Origin: Amoeboradix gromovi X-113
Taxonomy: Eukaryota; Fungi; Sanchytriomycota
Direction of reading: 5' to 3'
DNA length: 5,444 nucleotides
NCBI GenBank assembly: GCA_018985225.1
Contig: JADGIF010000656.1
Span: 1-5,444, forward strand
In this document: one piece after another, positions 1 through 5,444 of the stretch
Numbering within the stretch: position 1 is the stretch's first letter
Layout of the letters: the number at the start of each line of letters is the position of its first letter
Program-made: the position numbers and the translations under genes
Notes under the pieces: model-generated
Seen by the model: only the letters and a program-made list of their open reading frames with translations
Told to the model about the DNA's origin: nothing
Database searches by the model: none

Positions 1-109
1 GAAAAGAGGAATACAATCAACGAAAGAAGATTGGTATAATAGAAGAAGATCTTTTATTAATGATAGCATTTCCTCCGTATGGAGCACCTTTAAATACGAG
101 TTAGTCTAG
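1..109 (+). CDS. possible 3' end of an upstream gene (frame uncertain)
   Basis: Purine-rich + strand. Two frames are open from the window edge: frame 2 (2-109, KRGIQSTKEDWYNRRRSFINDSISSVWSTFKYELV*) and frame 3 (3-104, KEEYNQRKKIGIIEEDLLLMIAFPPYGAPLNTS*), followed by a T-rich tract. No family recognised. Confidence 0.3.
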   Translation, partial: KRGIQSTKEDWYNRRRSFINDSISSVWSTFKYELV

Positions 110-120
110 TTTTTATATTT

Positions 121-1025
121 GGTGTCCCAAATGAACCACTTGCATTGCCCTAATGGTGAGAAGGGTAAGACGAACCCTCAAATTGCTATGTTCAATTTTA
201 AAGTAGTATTAATACTTGAGCATCGTTTAAACATTCAAGAAACACATTTATTGATACATTCTGCTCTATTCGTCACTTTTTTACATCGGTGATTTATGCT
301 CTTGTATTTTTCTTATGCTTCAGACTCTGGTACTTTAATTTCATTCAAGGTAATGATCTAAAGCAGTTTGCCGGAGAGTAAAAGCGGATCACAAAATTGA
401 ACAAAGATATTGACTTATTACATGCCCAATACATTACCAAAAAGGTACTTAATTGGGTACTATAAGTCATATCAGAATGTTAAGATAACTCCAGAATCAT
501 CAATAGTACCAGAAAACTAAAAAGGAAGAACTCGTTAATTAAACACTTGCAACGCTGTCATCTTGCTTACTAGATGAGAGAGTAAAAGAAGTTCATAAGA
601 GCTAATTTGCCATGGTGAAGGTGGCTACAGGCTCAAGAGGAAGGCTGTTAGTATCTCAAACAAGAAACTACTGCATGCGCTGAATGTAATGACCTTTGTT
701 TTACTTGCCCTGAGTTCAGAACATCCAGGTATTCCTTTTCCTTAATTAAAATGATTGCAGGTGCTGGGGCAACTAGCCAATTTGCAGGGGTCTAGGGTTA
801 CGCAAGCCTACTTACTATGTAGTCTTTAATAGAGATGTCTATGGTTTCTAAGTTGATTTAGCAACTTGATTGAGCACACTTGCAAAGAGGAAATAGCAAC
901 AGCTAGTTATAGCCATTGAGCACAGGTGATTAAACACGGGACTTTTTTACTTGAGTAGATTACCTATCGAGGCTTTTCGTTTAAAAGATATCTGGGTTTG
1001 TAGAGTATGCCTCATTTAAATCGCC
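121..1025 (+). ncRNA. candidate large structured non-coding RNA (identity unknown; telomerase-RNA-like hypothesis)
   Basis: No ORF-track hit in ~970 bp, in a window where the other intergenic gaps are 15-239 bp. Complementary pairs found by eye: 189-199/393-403 (perfect 11 bp); hairpin 406-473 (12+8+4 bp); a nested rod from about 487 to 998; a possible closing helix 121-134/1012-1025. Many pairs use G-U on the + strand. Confidence 0.45.
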
Positions 1026-1077
1026 TCAGTCTATTGGATAAATTTTTATTAATAAACTTCAAGTCTTTTTTGAAAAA

Positions 1078-2337
1078 ATGAGAGATTTTTCATCAATAAA
1101 CCACCGTGGGAACGACGAATTAAGCGGTTTATTGTCAAATAAGCCTAAACGAGCTAATGATTCAGCTACATTGACATTTAAACTAGTCATGATCATTTTC
1201 TTTGCTGCACAGTTGTACATTTTGCTCATTACGTTTTCAACTTACACTAGCAGTCCGTACACAATGGGCGTATTTTTAGGTGTTGCCAAGTCATCGGCCG
1301 AGTTAGTCAAATTTAACTTCATGGTTATTTTGCTTCCAATTTGTAAAAGGTTTCTATCAGTTACAAGATCGAGATACACACACATTATGTACAACAGCAG
1401 TGTAATAATACACAAAACACTTGGTATAATTATTGTTATATTTAGTATCATACACACAATTGCGCACGTTTTCAATTATCTCAATTCGAAGCTATTTATT
1501 CTAAATACTCCTGGATGGACAGGTTTAATGTTGTGTATTTTGTTTGGGATACTGGCGACTTCTAGTCTACCAAGTGTAGTTAAACACCATTATAGGATAT
1601 TTTATTACTGCCACATGGTAATTTGGCTCATTATTCCCGTACTAGTTGTTCATGGAAGTTCTTGTCTTATAAGTACAATGCATGAGACGGCATGCAAAAA
1701 TAACTACCATTTATTTCTTTGGATAGGAATGTTTTTTTACTTTGTGGAACTAATTCTGTCCAGAATATGGAGCAAAAAAGTACATTGTTATATGCAGGAT
1801 ATTGGAATTGCGGTAGAACTGCGATTTAAAATCCCATTTAGACACTCTCCTGGGCAATACGTAATGATTAAAATGCCAAGTGTAAGTCATATATCACATC
1901 CTTTTACAATTCTATCACACTCTAAAGAACTAACAGCAGCAGTAACTATACTTAAAAGAGGAAGATGGACAAGAAGAGTTGTTGATAATTTAGTTGAAAT
2001 TGATGGTCCTTTTGACACACCCGCAATGAGTATATTTTATGAACAAAAAGTTACTATAATATGCAGTGGAATAGGCATTACTCCATTTTTGAGCATAATA
2101 AGTGAGTTGACGCAAAGAGGTGATGGTTCCATCAGTATTCACCTGCTATGGATTATTTGGGATTTGGAAATACTAAAGATCTTTAAACTCAATGAACAAA
2201 ATTGGTTAAAGATCGATTATTTCTACAGAGAAGACCCAGATTTCGACAAATTAAGTAAGAATCCCATTTACGTGTGTGCGAACCTAAGAATTATTGATAA
2301 GCTGAAGAAAATCAAGCAAAAGAAAATCTTCTTATAA
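1078..2337 (+). CDS. NADPH oxidase (NOX/gp91phox-like) / ferric reductase family flavocytochrome, 419 aa
   Basis: Hydrophobic N-terminal half with heme-ligand His pairs (IIHKTLG...IIHTIAH, 14 apart; YYCH...VVHG, 13 apart), the NOX-type GWTG motif, FAD motifs PGQY, HPFT and RGRWT, then IDGPF, the NADPH motif SGIGITPF and a degenerate YVCA (canonical VCGP). Confidence 0.9.
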   Translation: MRDFSSINHRGNDELSGLLSNKPKRANDSATLTFKLVMIIFFAAQLYILLITFSTYTSSPYTMGVFLGVAKSSAELVKFNFMVILLPICKRFLSVTRSRYTHIMYNSSVIIHKTLGIIIVIFSIIHTIAHVFNYLNSKLFILNTPGWTGLMLCILFGILATSSLPSVVKHHYRIFYYCHMVIWLIIPVLVVHGSSCLISTMHETACKNNYHLFLWIGMFFYFVELILSRIWSKKVHCYMQDIGIAVELRFKIPFRHSPGQYVMIKMPSVSHISHPFTILSHSKELTAAVTILKRGRWTRRVVDNLVEIDGPFDTPAMSIFYEQKVTIICSGIGITPFLSIISELTQRGDGSISIHLLWIIWDLEILKIFKLNEQNWLKIDYFYREDPDFDKLSKNPIYVCANLRIIDKLKKIKQKKIFL

Positions 2338-2463
2338 TATATCAACACTAAATATTAAGTTCAGATCATAGTTGTGCATCCAATCAATTATTAATGATTT
2401 AATTCAATCCACTTAACTTGTATGAAATAACCTCAAGAAACCTAAAAATAAGTGCTAACTGTT

Positions 2464-2925
2464 TTATTTTGAAAAGCGCTCACCATACTCAACCAGCTCT
2501 AGCATACGCAAGCAGCTGGTAATTGAGACAACAAGCAATCCTAATATTCCTATTTTTAGAATGGCATTGCCATTGTAACGACCTTCTGGGCCATACTTTC
2601 GATATCCGTGGCCATAAAGAACTCTTCCCAAAATATATACTGATCCGAACCCAGAGCTAACAATTGGATAGTTAATACCTCCAATTAACAGCATCACAGT
2701 GGTGGCTGGCAAGTAGTCCATGCTCAACTTGTGAACATTTTGATAACTTGCAAATTTATTCCACTCTGTATCGCTCAGCGTTTTGCCAATTCTGCCATTG
2801 CCATCGTCCGGATATTGCAATCCAAGCTCCTCTCTTAATTGAACAGTATGCATAGCATCCATAAACCCTTGAATTCCAATTCCAATTGCAGTTAGCGCGC
2901 AATAACCAAAATTTGTATAAGCCAT
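2464..2925 (-). CDS. MAPEG family membrane protein (microsomal glutathione S-transferase 3 / LTC4S-like), 153 aa
   Basis: ATG at 2925 (the track's 2928 start is a TTG). Four hydrophobic segments; motifs YPDDGNGR, Q-x-x-H-x-x-x-x-D-Y-L-P and GRVLYGHGY...GPEGR are typical of MAPEG proteins. Confidence 0.85.
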   Translation of the reverse strand: MAYTNFGYCALTAIGIGIQGFMDAMHTVQLREELGLQYPDDGNGRIGKTLSDTEWNKFASYQNVHKLSMDYLPATTVMLLIGGINYPIVSSGFGSVYILGRVLYGHGYRKYGPEGRYNGNAILKIGILGLLVVSITSCLRMLELVEYGERFSK

Positions 2926-3131
2926 CAATATTGGAGGGCTAGATTTCTTTTAATGTTTCTCTAAAATACCGCATGGGTCTAAATATTTTAAAAATCAAAA
3001 CATTAAACTTGAAAAATTATTCGCCATAAGTTTTTCCTGCATTAGTTTAAATTCTAATGTGTTTTGTTGAAACAGGAATCTATCAAAATAAGTCAAACGT
3101 TTTGTTTTAAAACATTTTTCGACGTTTAATT

Positions 3132-3137
3132 ACGCGT
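3132..3137. promoter_or_regulatory. ACGCGT (MluI/MCB-like box) in the divergent intergenic region
   Basis: Exact ACGCGT ending 27 bp before the ATG at 3165, in an AT-rich 239-bp divergent gap. Single copy; function is inferred only. Confidence 0.25.
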
Positions 3138-3164
3138 TCCAAAAAATTTGGCCATCTTTGAGAG

Positions 3165-3608
3165 ATGCCAGGTTTACTTCGCTCTGCTCAGCAATCTCCG
3201 TTTTCTTTGAACAATGACAGAACTGCTATTAACTTCATGGAAAGTTATAGACCTCAGTTCCATACTCATCTAAATTTTCCAGAGAATGAGGAGGATCCTG
3301 AGGATGAAGATATTGAAGATGAAGAAGATGAGGATGACCAGGATGGGGACACCCATAATCATGAGCTGTCCCAACTGTTAGATAGAATTTTGTATGGCCA
3401 GCAACGCCCTAGACCAGACTTAACTACTCTACCTGATTACACTGCGAGTAGAATTGAAGCATATTCGAATAGAATTAGAATGAGAGAACCTTTCATCAGA
3501 TTTGGAGACGAAGCTCCTGTTCTAGAACCCGTAGATTCCCCGAATATAAGTGTTTCGGGTCTTAGAGATAGATATTCAGATCATGAACCAGGTGAGAGCA
3601 CAAACTAG
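3165..3608 (+). CDS. hypothetical 147-aa protein with acidic tract, probably largely disordered
   Basis: ATG to TAG ORF that fills the space between two real genes; contains ENEEDPEDEDIEDEEDEDDQDGD. No family recognised. Confidence 0.65.
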   Translation: MPGLLRSAQQSPFSLNNDRTAINFMESYRPQFHTHLNFPENEEDPEDEDIEDEEDEDDQDGDTHNHELSQLLDRILYGQQRPRPDLTTLPDYTASRIEAYSNRIRMREPFIRFGDEAPVLEPVDSPNISVSGLRDRYSDHEPGESTN

Positions 3609-3623
3609 TAAATCCACTATTTA

Positions 3624-5032
3624 TTACTTCTTTCCTTTTTTAATTTTAGCATGTATTTGAACTGTCGCTGCTTTATCCTTTACAAAGGGTAAAAAATCTT
3701 TTCCCACATATCCTCTGAGTACTTTGGGGACAACCACTCCATCTTCTGTCTGATAATTCTCCAATATGCAGCACATTGCTCTTTGCACAGCACATAATGT
3801 CGAGTTTAACAAGTGTACATATTGCTTGTCGACTTCACCACTCTCACCTTTGCCACCAGTTGTTCCAAAGCGAATTTCTAAATCCCTAGATTGGTAATCC
3901 GTGCAGTTTGAGCATGATACCAGCTCCTTATATTCATTCTGAAATGGAAACCAGGCATCTAAATCGTATTTCTTGGCTGCCGCATTGTTCAATGCCCCAC
4001 TTACGATGGAGACCACACGATAAGGAATGTTCAACTTTGTTAGTGTTAAAATACCAATTTGTAAAACTCTTCAGCGGTATTGATCATTTCCTCGTGCATT
4101 TCCCAGCTTTTCTCAGGAGCGGTAATAACAAACTGCTCAATCTTTTCAAATTGATGTATTCGGAAAATGCCCCACGTGTCTTTTCCGTGTGCACCTGCTT
4201 CCTTTCGAAAACAAGTAGAATAGCCTGCATACTTAACGGGCAAAACGCTAGGTTCTATCCACTCATTCATGTGGAAAGCACTAATAGGTTGTTCGCTTGT
4301 GGCTATTAAATAGGCTTCCTCCTCACCTACCATTTTATACAGTTCCTCATCAAATTGAGACAACTGAGCAGTTCTGGACATAACTTCTTTCTTCATATAA
4401 AAAGGAGTATACAACTGAGTATAGCTTTTGTCTTCAAGAAAATCAATTCCAAAGTTGCTTAATGCTCTCCATAACTTGCAGCCAACACCAGTCAGAAAGT
4501 AGCCACGATGGCCAGCAACCTTAACTCCTTGTTCTGGAGCATAGCCACCTATGAGATCCAATATCTGGTGATGAGAGAGCAATTGTGCTGGTCTACTTAT
4601 TTCAGAATCAGGAACAAATTTACATTTGGGATCCCATTTACGGATCAATTCATTTTTAGCTTCATCATTAGATACTACGACACTAGGATGAACCAAATTA
4701 CCAACTTTTTTGAATTCAGAGAGGAGCGCGTTTAACTTAATTTGTTCGGATTGAACGAGGTCTTTCTTTTGAAATTCAATTTTTGCTTTCTCAGATTTAA
4801 ACAGCTCGATATTGCTTTTATCCTCATCAGATTTGTCTTTCTTTTTGAACAAATTGCCCATATCTTTGCAAATTTTGTTATATTCCTGATTGCGACAATC
4901 CATTTGATACTTTGTGGAACGATAATCGTTGTCTAGCTTAATAATTGCTTCTATATCTGTTTTCGCATATCTTTTTTGCTCGCTTTTCACAAGTTCATCT
5001 TTTTTCTGTTTTAGTAAGTTGATATCCAACAT
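3624..5032 (-). CDS. SES1: cytosolic seryl-tRNA synthetase, join(5032..4055, 4034..3624), 462 aa
   Basis: Starts MLDINLL (ATG at 5032); N-terminal coiled coil; ATSEQP; motif 2 FRKEAGAHGKDTWGIFRIHQFEKIEQF; ELVSCSNCTDYQSR; motif 3 VHLLNSTLCA...CCILENYQ. The two track ORFs join in frame as EEFYKL|LNIPYRVV when a 20-nt intron is removed. Confidence 0.97.
4035..4054 (-). other. 20-nt spliceosomal intron (phase 0) in seryl-tRNA synthetase
   Basis: Minus strand reads GTATTTTAACACTAACAAAG: GT...AG ends, CACTAAC branch site, in-frame TAA. Its removal restores the frame and the conserved spacing. Confidence 0.9.
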
Positions 5033-5056
5033 AAGATTCAAGGAGGCAGATCCTTG

Positions 5057-5444
5057 ATGCAAAGTTGTCAAAACTATGAAATAAAATTGTTCAAAGACGT
5101 AAAGAATATTTTAGAACTGATAGATTTGGCTAGACAAGATCACGTATTACTAAATATGGATTGCATACCAAGTATAATTAATGTCAAGGTCGCAATTGAA
5201 AATCATATCCATGACAACGCAAGATCCATTTTACACCACCTCTCACCTTTGAACAATGGAGAAAAAACATTGAAACTGTTCGGAATAGACAATCATGCTA
5301 GAAATATTGTTTATGTTCACAAAATTGGAGAAGATAATATAAAGATTGACGGAGAACATTGTAATAAAATAATATCTAACTTGGGCAAAATAAAAGGGAT
5401 ACTTAACGTTGATGAAGACTTTGAAAGCGTTATGATGTCGATGG
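5057..5444 (+). CDS. CGI121: KEOPS/EKC complex subunit Cgi121/TPRKB (partial; runs off the window end)
   Basis: Open from ATG 5057 to the end: MQSCQNYEIKLFKDVKNILELIDLARQDHVLLNMDCIPSIINVKVAIENHIHDNARSILHHLSPLNNGEKTLKLFGIDNHARNIVYV... LFKDVKN and LSPxNNxxxxLKxFGI match the TPRKB/Cgi121 signatures as I recall them (LFKDVKN; LSPNNNISEALKKFGI). Confidence 0.8.
   Translation, partial: MQSCQNYEIKLFKDVKNILELIDLARQDHVLLNMDCIPSIINVKVAIENHIHDNARSILHHLSPLNNGEKTLKLFGIDNHARNIVYVHKIGEDNIKIDGEHCNKIISNLGKIKGILNVDEDFESVMMSM

Noticed and set aside
645-661. Minus-strand GTTTGAGATACTAACAG, resembling a 17-nt intron with a perfect TACTAAC
   Set aside because: Removing it, or its 24- and 27-nt variants, gives no long ORF or recognisable protein in the frames I tested.
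729-760. Plus-strand CAG|GTATT...TGCAG|G, a possible 32-nt intron
   Set aside because: The spliced frame stops about 12 codons later and there is no CTAAC branch site.
793-800. TAGGGTTA, i.e. UAACCCUA on the - strand, a possible TTAGGG template
   Set aside because: An 8-mer is plausible by chance over ~1 kb with several permutations, and it lies on the strand opposite to the one favoured by the G-U pairs. Revisit if the transcript proves to be - strand.
932-948. AAACACGGGACTT resembles RNase MRP CR-V
   Set aside because: No upstream GAAAGUCC-type CR-I partner to form P4.
241-1020. Protein-looking stretches between stop codons (decayed pseudogene, or TAA/TAG read as Gln)
   Set aside because: No recognisable family, and TGA stops also occur. 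Neighbouring genes use CAA/CAG for Gln and end in TAA/TAG, so the code is standard. A degraded element cannot be fully excluded without tBLASTn.
1041-1048. AATTTTTA as an Sm site at the 3' end of the putative RNA
   Set aside because: It lacks the G after the U-run and lies in AT-rich sequence upstream of the NOX gene, so it is not discriminating.
1242-1475. 77-aa minus-strand ORF
   Set aside because: Antisense shadow of the NOX gene.
2319-2351. KEN-LL in an alternative frame at the NOX 3' end, mimicking KENF
   Set aside because: No suitable GT-AG intron shifts the frame without deleting the conserved Cys; likely chance in A-rich sequence.
3908-4936. Plus-strand ORFs 3908-4309, 4508-4735 and 4742-4936
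   Set aside because: Antisense shadows of seryl-tRNA synthetase with no recognisable motifs.
5040-5046. AAGGAGG, a Shine-Dalgarno-like word 10 nt before the Cgi121 ATG
   Set aside because: The context is eukaryotic (spliceosomal intron, eukaryote-type SerRS, NOX and TPRKB) and other genes here lack it; treated as chance.
3624-5071. Split or frameshifted SerRS, and the track's start at 5071
   Set aside because: Explained by a 20-nt intron. The starts at 5071 and 4034 are TTG codons; the conserved start is MLDIN at 5032.

Overview
AT-rich, extremely gene-dense eukaryotic DNA, read with the standard genetic code; the gene content is fungus/opisthokont-like, but the taxon cannot be fixed from this window. 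From left to right: a possible 3' end of an upstream gene; a ~0.9-kb ORF-free segment (about 121-1025) with many nested complementary helices on the + strand, a candidate large structured ncRNA (telomerase RNA is one untested hypothesis); a very short NADPH oxidase/ferric reductase (1078-2337, +); a MAPEG/MGST3-like protein with a degenerate glutathione-binding motif (2464-2925, -); an acidic orphan ORF (3165-3608, +); cytosolic seryl-tRNA synthetase (-), split by a 20-nt GT-AG intron with a CTAAC branch site; and, head-to-head with it and only 24 bp away, the 5' part of a KEOPS subunit Cgi121/TPRKB gene that the ORF track missed. All pairings and alignments were done by eye; no folding or database searches were run.
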